From a virus (Duplodnaviria; Caudoviricetes): a stretch of 64,000 nt of DNA. Positions 28,527-39,406 of this stretch are shown piece by piece; position 1 is the first letter of the stretch; each line of letters starts with the position of its first letter. Below the pieces are notes generated by a model. That model did not search any database and was not told the DNA's origin. It was given only the letters and a program-made list of their open reading frames with translations. The translations under genes were made by a program, and so were the position numbers. Location of the stretch: the IMG/VR virus record IMGVR_UViG_651703101_000001, positions 32,001-96,000 of that record, one strand, 5' to 3'.

Positions 28527-29194
28527 TAGTGATAAATTCCATTAAAGAAATATGTTTTTTGTTGAAGGGCCAAAAGTTGAAGACCCCAGTTAAACACTGG
28601 TTGGCTCACTTCATGATAAATTGTTATAGTGTCTGTGAGAATATCCTGAGAGCCTTGGGGGCCAGAGTGACCTATAACATATTCTGTTTCAACTGTGTAA
28701 GTAATAATTACGGATGATCTTTGGTCCGGTAGATAACGTGTAATGGTATCCATCGGATAGACTCCATTTGCTGGATCATAGGGTTCGTCTGGAAATCCAT
28801 TAATTGCCTCTACTTCTCCTGTAAATTCATCTTCATTTGCTCCCGAAAAAGGAGGTAGATAATAAAAGAAAGTTTGATCAAAGACCTCTGTATAGATATA
28901 TCCACTATCATCTTCAATTCCCCCTTCTGCCCATTCTCCACCACCATACTGAGCCCCAGGAGCCCCGAATGTTTGTGGGCCCGCATTTGGTTTTGAGATT
29001 GTGATTGTTTGATTCAGTAATTCCCATGCAGGATATTGTGGTCCTTGAGGACCTATATCCTCTACTGCCCTAGTTCTGACTCGGAAACCAGCCAATGGTT
29101 CGACTCCAGAAATTCCAATTACTACACCTTCCCAGATATAGTCTTCTGGTCCGGTTCCTTCTCTTACGATTTCGTATTCTAGTTCTACAGACAT
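28526..29194 (-). CDS. acidic hypothetical structural protein
   Basis: Coupled ORF between the gp5 C-part and PAAR. Confidence 0.55.
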   Translation of the reverse strand: MSVELEYEIVREGTGPEDYIWEGVVIGISGVEPLAGFRVRTRAVEDIGPQGPQYPAWELLNQTITISKPNAGPQTFGAPGAQYGGGEWAEGGIEDDSGYIYTEVFDQTFFYYLPPFSGANEDEFTGEVEAINGFPDEPYDPANGVYPMDTITRYLPDQRSSVIITYTVETEYVIGHSGPQGSQDILTDTITIYHEVSQPVFNWGLQLLALQQKTYFFNGIYH

Positions 29195-29195
29195 A

Positions 29196-30104
29196 TTAGT
29201 TCAGGAAGATTTTGGTTGCTCTGACGACTTGAATTCCACCAACAGTGACGAATTCAGCTCCACCAACTTGACGGGTTCTGAGTCCACCGACAGATTGATT
29301 TTCATTCAAGTTAATTATCACATCTTTATTGGTTTGAATATACTCATAATAGTCACCGGGTTTGATTGACATATCGAGTGGTTTTCTGACCGGTGAGTAT
29401 ACTTTATTTGTGTATGTTGCTCTTGCCTCAAGTGATGGTTTGTCAGTCCATCTTCCTGTGATGTCTACTCTTTCCTGGCCACATATTAGATTGAGATATC
29501 CTTTGGAGGATATTGTGATTCCTCCGTTTGGATCATCGTTTTGAATAATAGTGTTCCCGTATACATTCATCACATTGATTCCACCTTTTTGACCATCTTC
29601 CATCGTCCCCACTTCACTTCTACGGGAGACAATTCTATCTCTCATTTCTTTAGTGTCCATGTAGATAGACTTTGTTCCTTCTAAAGATATCGATTCGGTG
29701 GCCTTGTTTATGATATTGTTTGCACTGGTAATTAGATCAGTTCCTGCTATAATTCTACCGGTAGACCCAATTTCAAAGTTAAGTTCTGAGCATTTGATGT
29801 TTAACTTCCCGCCAATATGCATTGCATAGTCGGTATCAACTCTCATACTAGATGTGTCAGATCCTTTACTGGAATCACCTGCAGAAGATATGACTCCAGA
29901 GTGAGTGTGAATATCACCAACAGATTTTAGAAAAACAGAACCATCATCCTTAAATTCAAGATGGGATCCACTGGAATGTTTTATAACAACACGAGCATTA
30001 CCAGGAGTATCATATACGGAAATTTCATGTCCACTTGGAGTGATGAAAGGTTGGGAGAATTGATACTCTTGCTTTTTATCCCTAATCTTACTTCCGGCTG
30101 GCAT
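29196..30104 (-). CDS. baseplate spike, gp5 C-terminal-like beta-helix protein
   Basis: TPSGHEISVYDTPGNARVVIKHSSGSHLEF...DGS; C-terminus ATKIFLN. Confidence 0.75.
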   Translation of the reverse strand: MPAGSKIRDKKQEYQFSQPFITPSGHEISVYDTPGNARVVIKHSSGSHLEFKDDGSVFLKSVGDIHTHSGVISSAGDSSKGSDTSSMRVDTDYAMHIGGKLNIKCSELNFEIGSTGRIIAGTDLITSANNIINKATESISLEGTKSIYMDTKEMRDRIVSRRSEVGTMEDGQKGGINVMNVYGNTIIQNDDPNGGITISSKGYLNLICGQERVDITGRWTDKPSLEARATYTNKVYSPVRKPLDMSIKPGDYYEYIQTNKDVIINLNENQSVGGLRTRQVGGAEFVTVGGIQVVRATKIFLN

Positions 30105-32311
30105 TATACAAGTCCTCTATTGATATCGATTGAGTTTCTTTGATTTTCCCCAGCACAGTAGATGACTTCAACTGGAGGGAGAGTTTCTTTAGCATTAAGT
30201 TTCGGTACCACTTGCATAATTGGAAATAGTTTTGCACCATATCCACCATCATTGTTGCATTCTGTACCGTCATCAGTGATACGAAGTTCTGGAATTCTTC
30301 TGAATGATCTTCCAGTATTTAGAATTACAATATCTACAATATGTCCATCCACAACGACAGGCTGAATTAATCCATTAGTTGTTTCACGATCGCGATCCCA
30401 TACTTCTATAGTCGGATTGCAATATTCAAATCCCATATTTTGAATGAATATTCCACCCAAAACAATATCGTAGTCTGGATTGTCTGAGCGAATTCCTATA
30501 GTTTGTTTGTCTGGAATAATGGATATCGGTGGATTTGGATAGTGAGAACTAAATGATTGGCAGTTGGTAATCAGGGCGACCAATTCCCCAAACACTGGAT
30601 CTACAACTGGTGTAATTGTCCCTTCATATCCAGGAATGAATATTGAGGGGAATGCTTCTGCTTCGATCTCATTATTTACATAGAAGTATCCATTTCCTGG
30701 GTCTGTAATTACGACAGTATTTGGAGTACCATTTATAAAGTTTAGTCCACACACAGGAAATCTACTTGGAAGTGGTAGTGCTATAGCTGTTGCAAATATA
30801 CCATTGGGTGGGTTCTTATCTTCTCTAGAGATTGTTGCATCTTCACATACAGTAGGGTATGCACTTCCTGAACCCAATCCTGGGAATCCACCAAATCCAA
30901 CCTGTGAATAATCGTTAACTGTACTATATCTACCTGAACCTCTTTGTGTATTATAACGTCTAGATTGTATACAACCTATATTTTTAGTGATAAAATCCTG
31001 AGACATATCACCAGCCACGTTGAACACATCAGTATATTTGGCATACTTTTGAGTTAAAGGAAATTTCATTCCACCAATCAGAGAAGAAAGTATACCAGCA
31101 ATTGCACCCAAAGATGCTGTAGTATTTTCTGATTCTGCCTGTGCTGTGGAGTTTTCAATTGCAATGGAAGTGAGTGTATCCAGAACATCTAAGATAGAAT
31201 CTGTGACACATTCAGATCCCCAATCGTTAATAATTGTGTTTGGTGAAGCACCGATATTTCCTGTATAGTTATTTCCACTCCCTCCCAGATTATCATTATT
31301 CATCTGTTGGAGAATGGCCATAATAATATCACATAGTTTGTCAATAAACGATGTTCCAAATATACCGTGAAAGATATCAGCCTTGGTTGTTGTAGCTTTA
31401 TCTAGTTGTAGAGAGGTGTATCCGTCTCTATCTGGAACTAGAAGAGTAGTTGATTTTAACTCACGATTCTTTTCTTCTTTGGTTACTTTTGAAGCCTGAG
31501 CAGTTTGTTTCATCATGTTGCAAATTTGAATTGCAATTCCTCTCATGATTCCATTCAGGTCAATATAATTACCATCGATGGCACTCCATACAACGTCGTT
31601 GTATACGAATCTTGCAAAATTGGATGGCATTCTTTCTGTCAGAAGATTTTGAATGTCATTCTTGGCATTTGCGATAGATCCACACAATCCGTCTGCAATC
31701 AAAATATTATAAATTTGTGACTCTGGATTTCCCTTATCTGAAGTGCTCAGGGATTCTTCCATTCTTCTCACGGATGCTACAGATTTGTTGGTCCCACATT
31801 CACCGTGGGCTTCAGATGTGGGAACTACTTTTGAAGGATCTAACTTTGGGTCTACACTTGTGAGAGCAATATTTGGCCAATTTTTTGGAACGTAGAGTTG
31901 CCCAAAGGCTGGATCGAATGGATTTAGTTTTCCATCTTGTCCTTTAGGTTTAGTTTTGAGGTTTTCTGTTGTTGCCTTTGCTGTGAAGTTGAAAGAGTTA
32001 ATGACGATGGGTTGTTGAGCCTCCTCCCCATCGAAGAAGAAACCGACCACCCAGCTGCCGGGTAGGAGACCATGCTTGCCCCCTGTCCCTCCTAACTGTG
32101 GATGAGTCGTTGGCATGGCCACATGGGCCCATGGAAGGTCCTCAGTGGGTAGTGAGTCCTTTCCTGTCTTCTCCTTCGGGTGCCACCCGACGCATCTGAC
32201 TCGGACCCGGCCGGATAGTTTGGGGTCGTTAACATCTTCGACTTGACCCATGAAGAAAGTCAATGCGTCCTTTCCGAAGAAATCTGCTCTAGGTGTTGTG
32301 AATGAACTCAT
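30104..32311 (-). CDS. gp5: baseplate hub gp5 N-terminal part (OB fold, no lysozyme domain)
   Basis: GQVEDVNDP..GRVRVRCVGWH, LPTEDLPWA, WVVGFFFDGEEAQQP. Confidence 0.85.
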   Translation of the reverse strand: MSSFTTPRADFFGKDALTFFMGQVEDVNDPKLSGRVRVRCVGWHPKEKTGKDSLPTEDLPWAHVAMPTTHPQLGGTGGKHGLLPGSWVVGFFFDGEEAQQPIVINSFNFTAKATTENLKTKPKGQDGKLNPFDPAFGQLYVPKNWPNIALTSVDPKLDPSKVVPTSEAHGECGTNKSVASVRRMEESLSTSDKGNPESQIYNILIADGLCGSIANAKNDIQNLLTERMPSNFARFVYNDVVWSAIDGNYIDLNGIMRGIAIQICNMMKQTAQASKVTKEEKNRELKSTTLLVPDRDGYTSLQLDKATTTKADIFHGIFGTSFIDKLCDIIMAILQQMNNDNLGGSGNNYTGNIGASPNTIINDWGSECVTDSILDVLDTLTSIAIENSTAQAESENTTASLGAIAGILSSLIGGMKFPLTQKYAKYTDVFNVAGDMSQDFITKNIGCIQSRRYNTQRGSGRYSTVNDYSQVGFGGFPGLGSGSAYPTVCEDATISREDKNPPNGIFATAIALPLPSRFPVCGLNFINGTPNTVVITDPGNGYFYVNNEIEAEAFPSIFIPGYEGTITPVVDPVFGELVALITNCQSFSSHYPNPPISIIPDKQTIGIRSDNPDYDIVLGGIFIQNMGFEYCNPTIEVWDRDRETTNGLIQPVVVDGHIVDIVILNTGRSFRRIPELRITDDGTECNNDGGYGAKLFPIMQVVPKLNAKETLPPVEVIYCAGENQRNSIDINRGLV

Positions 32312-33579
32312 GATGCTGTTTTCTTACTTGTTACGTCGTCTTGTTGAATAGTTGAGCGAATGATACTTATTTTTGTGTGTGCCGTAGCATTTGGAGTCAT
32401 TCTAAAATGATGACCTACTTGTTTGACAATATATCTACCTGAGTGTTTAGTATCATATCCTCTGCTTTCGGCTGTTGCAACTTTAGGTAGTTTTAATTCT
32501 ACGGTGTCACCTGCATGAATTTGAAATTGAGGAGGTAGAGTTACATAACCACTCTCATTGTCAAATGTATTTTGACCCACAATGTTTTGACTCAGATAGT
32601 TTTTAGATTGATCGAATGCATTTGCAATCGCCGGAGTACAGGAATTTTCATAGATTTCATTTGTAAATGCTCTGAATAAGTATCTAGTCGGTCCCTCTGC
32701 TAACTCTTTTTGTTTATCGGTCAGCATCTTATCATCTGTGTAATTAAACTCTTTATAGACACCCTTATCCAAATCCATGTTTATAAACACGTTCTTAAAT
32801 GCACCAACTCTAAGTTTGGATTGAACATCTCCGATTCTAGAAAAATTATAATCAATGATACCTTTCATGGTATCACTCAAAGATAGGTTTCTGTTTTGTA
32901 ATTGTTCGGTAAAAGTTCCTCCATTCTGACCAGCCTTCCCAGAAAGAATGTCTGGAATAGACGCAAATCTATGACCCTTAAGGGTTTCCCAGCAAAGAAA
33001 TCCAGTGGTTCCTTTAACTTCACCCTCCTGTGTCTTGTCATTCTCTGTAACTTTAGAAGAATTTGTTACACCATGAGTCAGTACATAACGAATAATATCT
33101 GTAGGTCTTTTGCGACTTCCTAGGAAGTTCATGGGAAGTCCATCACTAACAAACTTGTCAATCTTTCCACCAATTCTTTTTACCATCTGTTCGACAATAT
33201 CTCTAGGTGATTCATTCTTGAATCTCTCAACGACAAAGTTTCCTTCGTTTTTTCTGAGAGGAACCGAATAGAAATCGAATGTATATGTGATCTTTTGGTT
33301 CTTTACGACTCTATCTCTAAGTCCATTCAGTAATCCTTTAAACGATAGAGTTTGTTGACTTGCATTCATGAACTCTATTTCAAAAGATTCTGATCCTTCA
33401 ATCTTGTTTTTCTCGATGAAATTTGTAGAGTCTACATCTAACATTGAGATAGAACCTGTGATGGTAGGACTGTAGATATTTTCAAAGATATCTACAGATA
33501 GTGTCAATCCAATCACATCGATGTTATCAATTTTGATTGTCAGTATTTTATACTGAGTAGGGAGAGCAAAACTTGACAT
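32308..33579 (-). CDS. baseplate hub protein (gp27-like)
   Basis: IFENIYSPTITG, FLCWET..GHRF, HAGD, SGRYIV; adjacent to gp5. Confidence 0.65.
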   Translation of the reverse strand: MSSFALPTQYKILTIKIDNIDVIGLTLSVDIFENIYSPTITGSISMLDVDSTNFIEKNKIEGSESFEIEFMNASQQTLSFKGLLNGLRDRVVKNQKITYTFDFYSVPLRKNEGNFVVERFKNESPRDIVEQMVKRIGGKIDKFVSDGLPMNFLGSRKRPTDIIRYVLTHGVTNSSKVTENDKTQEGEVKGTTGFLCWETLKGHRFASIPDILSGKAGQNGGTFTEQLQNRNLSLSDTMKGIIDYNFSRIGDVQSKLRVGAFKNVFINMDLDKGVYKEFNYTDDKMLTDKQKELAEGPTRYLFRAFTNEIYENSCTPAIANAFDQSKNYLSQNIVGQNTFDNESGYVTLPPQFQIHAGDTVELKLPKVATAESRGYDTKHSGRYIVKQVGHHFRMTPNATAHTKISIIRSTIQQDDVTSKKTAS

Positions 33580-36173
33580 CAGATGACAGAACCCATATTG
33601 AGTCTATAGAAGTATTCCGCAGCTTGAATAGAAGATGGACCATCAGGCAAGCTTGGTGGAGCAGGTTGTGATGCTGGTGCCGGAATAACAGTTGGTGATT
33701 GTTGATTTCCTCCGGCCATTACGATGATAGGACCACCTGATTTTTCAGCAATCATTTGTGCAAACTCTTCTTGTGCCTGCTTGAATCTGGTTGTATTATT
33801 CGATTGAGTTGGAGACATATTTACTAAACCTCCAGTTTGAAGCATTGTTGCATTTTTAGAGAAGGCGACATTAGCTCTTTTACTTTTTCCTGTATCAATA
33901 ATATTAGCCTCGTCGTTTCTTCTCCAGGAATTTAATCCTCCATCATGTTTTGCGAGTGTACTTCTGAAGTACCCAGAAACTGGACCATATTCTTTGCTTT
34001 GTACTCCTTGTTTTACTAATTTTGAGAGTGGCCCACCTAGGCTACCATAGTTGAATGTTTTTGACTCCAGGGCTGCCTTAACATTATCTGGAACTTTACT
34101 ATATTCTGAACTGGAAATTTCTCTAAGTAATCTTCCTCTATGTTCTTTGATGTGTTGCTCTTTAATGAATTCTGCTTCGGTCTCAGTTATTTTTTGTCCC
34201 ATCTGAACTTTTCCAGATAGTCTAAAGCCTTTAGGATAATATGTTGCACCTATTCCAATAGTTGGAATTCCAACTGCATCTTTATAAGCACTTGTTCTTA
34301 GGCCTTCATAGTTCTTTAGAAGCTTTGCAAGATTTTTGTCAAACGGTCCACCGACGGCTACTGATCCCCCGCCCCCAGAATTGTTATTATTTTCTGTACT
34401 TGGTGATGGTGTTGATGAACCTGAAGATAGACCAAACATTGCATTAAACAATGGACCAGCATTTGGGCCCATTGCATTACCGAATCCAGCAAATACTGAA
34501 GTGATTGCTTTACCAACTTCACCCAACCCTGAAAATTCTCCAGCTATAGTTGACTGGGGATCTTGTGGTGTTCCATCACTCGGGGCTGAAGGATTGTTTT
34601 CTTTATTTCCTATTCCCCAAGTCCCTAGGTCAAGTCCAGTCCCCTTTGCAAAACCTAGATGCAAGTGTTCACCGTGGCCACCAATTGGGCCCCCTTTTTT
34701 AGATTCTCCAGCAAACCATGATCCCCATGGATCATGGATGATTTGCGTTAACTTAAGTCTCTCTCTATTTGAAAAGACTTCTTCGGCCAATTTTCTAGTT
34801 CTACCTCTCCAGTCTCCGTTCCGCCAGTCAGTGACATCGATTGCCCTACCGGAATAGTGTAAACTATTTGGGCTGTGTCCGCCGACTCTGCCTTTACCTT
34901 CTGGTGAGTATTTGCTAGGTGGTCCTTTTATAAAGTTTTTATGTTCACCGACAGTGAATCCTTTTTTGATGAGTTCTATTCCAGCGGCAACAACCGCTGG
35001 AAGTCCGCCACCAGAAGAGGCCTTATCTTTTCCTTTTGTTACTACTGTTTCTTTAGCAGTATTTTGTTTGGTAACTTCTCCACCAGTTTGAAATCTAGGA
35101 ATCATAGAGTTTAACATATGATGCATAGGACTCACATCCCCCGGCGCAAATACTTTTTCTCCGGGTTCTAGGAGAGTTGGAACCAATCCACCACTCTGTA
35201 ACATCGCCGATGCATTACGGTTCATAACGAATGAACCGGGAGGAAGCATCATGGGTATTTTATCACCTGATCCAGTCCCAGGAACAGTAATAGGTCCACC
35301 ACGTTGTTTCTTTTGAACTCCTAATTCTTGTAACAATCCTGGTCTGGATGATACAAGTCTATCGATTTTGTCTTCTTTCTCTTTTATTTCTTTTGTAAGT
35401 TCGTCTATTTTTTGCTGTTTACCTTCTTGTCTTGCGTCATATAGTAAATCGTTTAATCTCTTTCTATCTCTAATAGAATGAACTATTTCCGTAAGGGCAT
35501 CAATATCTTTTTGTGTATTTTCTTTTGCGATACCTTGCAAAGCAGGAACTCCCCACATTGGGTTTCCCATCATTGCAGATCTTTTTTCTTTGATTAATTT
35601 GGTTGCCTCTAGAGTTGAAACGTTTCTAGATTGTCCACCACCAGTCGCTTTGTCTGTAAATTTGTTGACTTTATTTCCTTGTCTTTCGAGCCATGGCTTT
35701 ACTTGTTTATCGATGATATTTTTATTCAGCCATTCTCCCAATTTCCAACCTACCAAGGCGGAGGCAACTACAGCAAAAATAGGACCACCTACCTTAAATA
35801 GTGCTCCCATTCCTTTTGTAATCACTGCACCTAGTGCACCACCAGCCGCGAGAAGACCAGCGAATGCTTTACCAATTACCGGTCCAGCCGCTGTAATTGC
35901 GGGCCCAATGTTTTTTAACAGACCGGCTAAGAAACTTTCTTTTTTCTCTTCTTTTTTCTTTCCTTTGAGTTCTTTGAGAATATCATCAAGAATATTTCTT
36001 TCTTTTTCTTTTGTTTTGTTTGCCTGCTCTGTTGCCTTCTTTTCTCGGATATCTCTTTTGTTCTTATCTATTTCTAACTTATAGATTTTCTCCAAAGTAG
36101 CATCAATCGATTGAATACTCTTCTTGGTATTCACATCTACTTTAAGAATTCCAGATAATACACTTGAAGCCAT
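33579..36173 (-). CDS. tape-measure-like protein with a peptidase-like domain and a GH24 lysozyme domain
   Basis: VPGTGSGDKIPMML, HSPNSLHYSGRAID...HLHLGF, YEGLRTSAYKDAVGIPTIGIG. Confidence 0.7.
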   Translation of the reverse strand: MASSVLSGILKVDVNTKKSIQSIDATLEKIYKLEIDKNKRDIREKKATEQANKTKEKERNILDDILKELKGKKKEEKKESFLAGLLKNIGPAITAAGPVIGKAFAGLLAAGGALGAVITKGMGALFKVGGPIFAVVASALVGWKLGEWLNKNIIDKQVKPWLERQGNKVNKFTDKATGGGQSRNVSTLEATKLIKEKRSAMMGNPMWGVPALQGIAKENTQKDIDALTEIVHSIRDRKRLNDLLYDARQEGKQQKIDELTKEIKEKEDKIDRLVSSRPGLLQELGVQKKQRGGPITVPGTGSGDKIPMMLPPGSFVMNRNASAMLQSGGLVPTLLEPGEKVFAPGDVSPMHHMLNSMIPRFQTGGEVTKQNTAKETVVTKGKDKASSGGGLPAVVAAGIELIKKGFTVGEHKNFIKGPPSKYSPEGKGRVGGHSPNSLHYSGRAIDVTDWRNGDWRGRTRKLAEEVFSNRERLKLTQIIHDPWGSWFAGESKKGGPIGGHGEHLHLGFAKGTGLDLGTWGIGNKENNPSAPSDGTPQDPQSTIAGEFSGLGEVGKAITSVFAGFGNAMGPNAGPLFNAMFGLSSGSSTPSPSTENNNNSGGGGSVAVGGPFDKNLAKLLKNYEGLRTSAYKDAVGIPTIGIGATYYPKGFRLSGKVQMGQKITETEAEFIKEQHIKEHRGRLLREISSSEYSKVPDNVKAALESKTFNYGSLGGPLSKLVKQGVQSKEYGPVSGYFRSTLAKHDGGLNSWRRNDEANIIDTGKSKRANVAFSKNATMLQTGGLVNMSPTQSNNTTRFKQAQEEFAQMIAEKSGGPIIVMAGGNQQSPTVIPAPASQPAPPSLPDGPSSIQAAEYFYRLNMGSVI

Positions 36174-36204
36174 GTAATTACTACTTTCTTTTATTTATAG
36201 GGTA

Positions 36205-36387
36205 TTACCCAGCCTTCTGTCTTCTTTGAAGTTCCAGAGTTTCAATATAGTTAGATATTAGTGAGCTCATGACATCTAATTCCCACGGAAATAGATCTTC
36301 TATTTCCGTGATTGTCCAGCCATGATATTGGCGAATAGAGAATATGCGTTCGTAATAGTTCATGATGTTGTTATGCATCATGGCCAT
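36205..36387 (-). CDS. gp51: baseplate hub assembly protein gp51-like
   Basis: NYYERIFSIRQYHGWTITEIEDLFPWE. Confidence 0.8.
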   Translation of the reverse strand: MAMMHNNIMNYYERIFSIRQYHGWTITEIEDLFPWELDVMSSLISNYIETLELQRRQKAG

Positions 36388-37091
36388 TAGAAAAAATCCT
36401 GCAACCCCTCCAGTACAACATTAAAACTTTCTTTTGTGTTTGGATTCTTCAGAGTGATTTTGTGTTTTAGAGCAGGCATGGTCTCAAAGAACTTGAGAAT
36501 TTTTGAAACATCTTCACTACTTAAATCACTTACCCACGTATCCAATTCGTCTTCACTTAAGTCTGCACGGTTGAATACTTCTTCTCCAATAATAATTTGA
36601 CTTACACAATCACGAATAGCATTAGAAGTATTGACAATTCCTTCTAGAGATAGACCTTCTGCAAAGTATTTGAGGCCGGGATAGTTTAGTTTGACAGCTG
36701 TATTTTCGTCTAATGTGATAAGAGCGGTATGATCTTTTGTTGTCTGTAGTTGAATTTTATCGATGTTGATCTCATGATCAACTGAGTATGTTGGATCTTT
36801 TGGATCGGTGATTCGTACTTTTACTTTTTCTCCTGCAGACTTTGCTCTACACTTTAGGAACAAAAGTTGCAGATCAAATAGAGGAAGTTCTTCGATCTTA
36901 ATGCCTGTAGGATGAGTAACACAATTGGTCAGAATATTAGCAATTGCGTTGGTGATTTCGTCTGTATCTTTTGTTTCGGCCGCCAGAACTAAAACTTTTT
37001 CTTCTCTGACAGTGAAGGGTACGAATTTGACTTTCTCTCCGCTACTTAATGTTGTTGTATATTCTGGACGGATCTTGCGTGGTAGTGTCAT
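36387..37091 (-). CDS. gp26: baseplate hub subunit gp26
   Basis: PFTVREEKVL, LFDLQLLFLKCRAKSAGE, FFETMP, LEGLQDFF. Confidence 0.92.
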   Translation of the reverse strand: MTLPRKIRPEYTTTLSSGEKVKFVPFTVREEKVLVLAAETKDTDEITNAIANILTNCVTHPTGIKIEELPLFDLQLLFLKCRAKSAGEKVKVRITDPKDPTYSVDHEINIDKIQLQTTKDHTALITLDENTAVKLNYPGLKYFAEGLSLEGIVNTSNAIRDCVSQIIIGEEVFNRADLSEDELDTWVSDLSSEDVSKILKFFETMPALKHKITLKNPNTKESFNVVLEGLQDFF

Positions 37092-37122
37092 AACAAATGT
37101 ATGATGTAGGTTATAAGACTAT

Positions 37123-37568
37123 TTATCTACCAAATATGTCATCCTCTGTCATGATACGGAAGTTCCATCCTTTTGTTGAACAGTATTTTCTAGCGGCTTC
37201 CCATTTAGCCTGATTCGTGATGTACGTTTTGACTCTAGTTGCCCAGCTCTTTGTTTTCTTTTTGGATTCTCCGGCGGCCCGTCCACTTCAGACTTTGGTT
37301 TTACCTCGATCATTTCTACTACAATTTCTCCCTTACTATTCTTGAATTTCACAACAAAGTCTGGAAAGTATCTTCTATTCTTTTTGGTGATTGGATCATA
37401 ATATACAACAAACTTTTCTTCGGATTGCCAACTCTGAACTTCTTCTCTTAGATCTAGATAGTTCATTACTGTCATTTCCCATGAAGAACGATAGATTATA
37501 TTGGAACTGTCTCCAATATACTTATGTGGATTTTTTGGTTTAAATTTTCCTTGGAGATGTTTAGACAC
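37123..37568 (-). CDS. gp4: head completion nuclease gp4 (apparent one-base frameshift at 37254-37257)
   Basis: KYIGD..IIYRSSWE, RYFPDF, IEVKP; the conserved end NQAKWEAARKYC...MTEDD lies in the shifted frame and stops at 37123. Confidence 0.9.
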
Positions 37569-37602
37569 CTTATAAATAACTCAATAGGTGTATTTATCAA
37601 GA

Positions 37603-38223
37603 ATGTCATACAATAGAGCTATAGCTTTAATGGAAAAAAGTGTCTCACGTCAGACACTTTATTCTGTGCGTATTGGTGGTGGTAAAGTAAGTGATGAAGT
37701 CAATAGTTATCTAGATTTCTTTTGTTCTACTACAGCAATTCCTAGTGTTTCTCTACAAACCTTGGCCGCAGTCGGTCAGGAACATCAGGGTATTGTTAGA
37801 GAGACACCGGGTGCACTGATATTCTCTAAACCTTTCAGTATGCAAATTATTGAGAACAGTGACTATCTGACATATACTGCACTTCGTAATTGGTTAAATG
37901 AAGTAAGTCCCAATGCAAATCAAGCACTTCGGCCGGGATCTGCTGGGAGAAGTATTCGTATGAATTACTACAATTCTATTATATCAAATATAGAATTGAC
38001 AAAACTTGAATTTCCAGATGAAGAAAATCAGACTTACCAAGGTGCTGATTTAAATAAGTATTACAAGACACCTCTAAAAATTAACCTGATCAACGCGTAT
38101 CCAATTGCAATTGGTGAGATTAATCTTCAATCATCTGCAGCAGATCAATTGGTATATTGGGATGCACAGTTTACATATGAAAGTTATACTATCGTTAACG
38201 GACTTGATTTACTTAGGCTATGA
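37603..38223 (+). CDS. baseplate tail-tube initiator (gp54-like)
   Basis: Tube-fold motifs FFCSTTAIP, LINAYPIAIGEI, QFTYE; divergent from gp4; TATAAATA at 37571. Confidence 0.65.
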   Translation: MSYNRAIALMEKSVSRQTLYSVRIGGGKVSDEVNSYLDFFCSTTAIPSVSLQTLAAVGQEHQGIVRETPGALIFSKPFSMQIIENSDYLTYTALRNWLNEVSPNANQALRPGSAGRSIRMNYYNSIISNIELTKLEFPDEENQTYQGADLNKYYKTPLKINLINAYPIAIGEINLQSSAADQLVYWDAQFTYESYTIVNGLDLLRL

Positions 38224-38561
38224 ACAGACTTGAAAAGCTTAAGCTTAAGATGGTCGGTAAATCTCCTGAATATTGTATGTCATTGTTATTGCCCAAACTC
38301 ACAGACATTACAATTGTACCAGAACCCGATAAATACTATGTGTTTGTTTATAAGGCAAAAACTCCAGGTATTCAATATGATCAACATCCTTTTATTGTCT
38401 GTACTTCTATATTTCCTTGGGGATTTATTGGCTTTAACTATCACTGGGAAGCATACAGACAATACACTTGGGGTGAAGTTCTCACCAATTTACATCAAGT
38501 GAAACAAGAAGAGGTCGAAACTGTAATGGGTTTTCCACTAGCGAGATTTAAAATATCATGA
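38220..38561 (+). CDS. DNA end protector-like (gp2-related) conserved protein
   Basis: YVFVYKAKTP, YDQHP, GFIGFNYHW. Confidence 0.55.
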   Translation: MNRLEKLKLKMVGKSPEYCMSLLLPKLTDITIVPEPDKYYVFVYKAKTPGIQYDQHPFIVCTSIFPWGFIGFNYHWEAYRQYTWGEVLTNLHQVKQEEVETVMGFPLARFKIS

Positions 38562-39406
38562 GTATACTTAAGTATCCACTTGAGCTCAATCAACAAGAAT
38601 CTGATTATGTTATTTTTCGTTCGTTTGAATATAGAACGAATTCGATTAATCTTGCGAATAATGGAAGTCAGGGTGGTGCATCAGGACCAGCAGTTGGGGA
38701 TACCATTACTCTTTTTATGCCTACATCAACACCGGCCATGACAAATGTTAATGGTTGGGCCCAAGATTCTGCAGTGGGTCCTTTGGGAGAGCTCTCCCGT
38801 AGTCTACAGGTTAGTGCTGCAAATGCGGTTATGGAGATTGGCGAATCTGGATTCTTAGAGAATACCGTTAGTGGAATCGTGGCCCAATTTGACAGTCTTA
38901 AAAGTAAAGGCCTCCCTGCCCTTCGTCAAGCCGGTATTAATAAAGTTGCTGGATTTACCGGAAGAAGCGCAAATCAACTTTTGGCCATGGGTAAGGGTAA
39001 GATATACAATCCTAATGTTGAACTCTTGTATGATGGTCCAGGCCTGAGAGCATTTGATTTTACTTTTATCTTCGCACCAAAGAGTAAGAAGGAAGCTGAT
39101 ATTGTCAACAAGATTATTCTAGAATTTAAGAAGTGGTCGTCTCCAAATCCTAAAGATGGTTTGTTTGAAGTTCCTGCAGTTTGGCAAATTGATTATATGG
39201 TAGGTAATTCTCGTAACAAAAATATGAATGCATTCAAGAGATCTGCTCTGACGAATGTTTCGACTCAGGACAATAGCACTTTGGATATGCACATGTCCTA
39301 TCCTGATGGTATGCCAATTACAACTACAATGACTCTATCGTTTAGTGAAGTCGATATCATCACTCGTAAGGATCATTTGGAATCTGGAACCAATAGAGGA
39401 TACTAA
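38558..39406 (+). CDS. gp48: baseplate tail tube cap gp48
   Basis: LKYP, NPNVELLYDGPGLRAFDFTFIFAPKS..EA, LSFSE. Confidence 0.9.
   Translation: MSILKYPLELNQQESDYVIFRSFEYRTNSINLANNGSQGGASGPAVGDTITLFMPTSTPAMTNVNGWAQDSAVGPLGELSRSLQVSAANAVMEIGESGFLENTVSGIVAQFDSLKSKGLPALRQAGINKVAGFTGRSANQLLAMGKGKIYNPNVELLYDGPGLRAFDFTFIFAPKSKKEADIVNKIILEFKKWSSPNPKDGLFEVPAVWQIDYMVGNSRNKNMNAFKRSALTNVSTQDNSTLDMHMSYPDGMPITTTMTLSFSEVDIITRKDHLESGTNRGY

Noticed and set aside
34336-36084. Long + strand ORFs (173 aa and 164 aa)
   Set aside because: Antisense shadows of the tape-measure-like gene with no recognisable motifs; the same applies to the many other short antisense ORFs in the track
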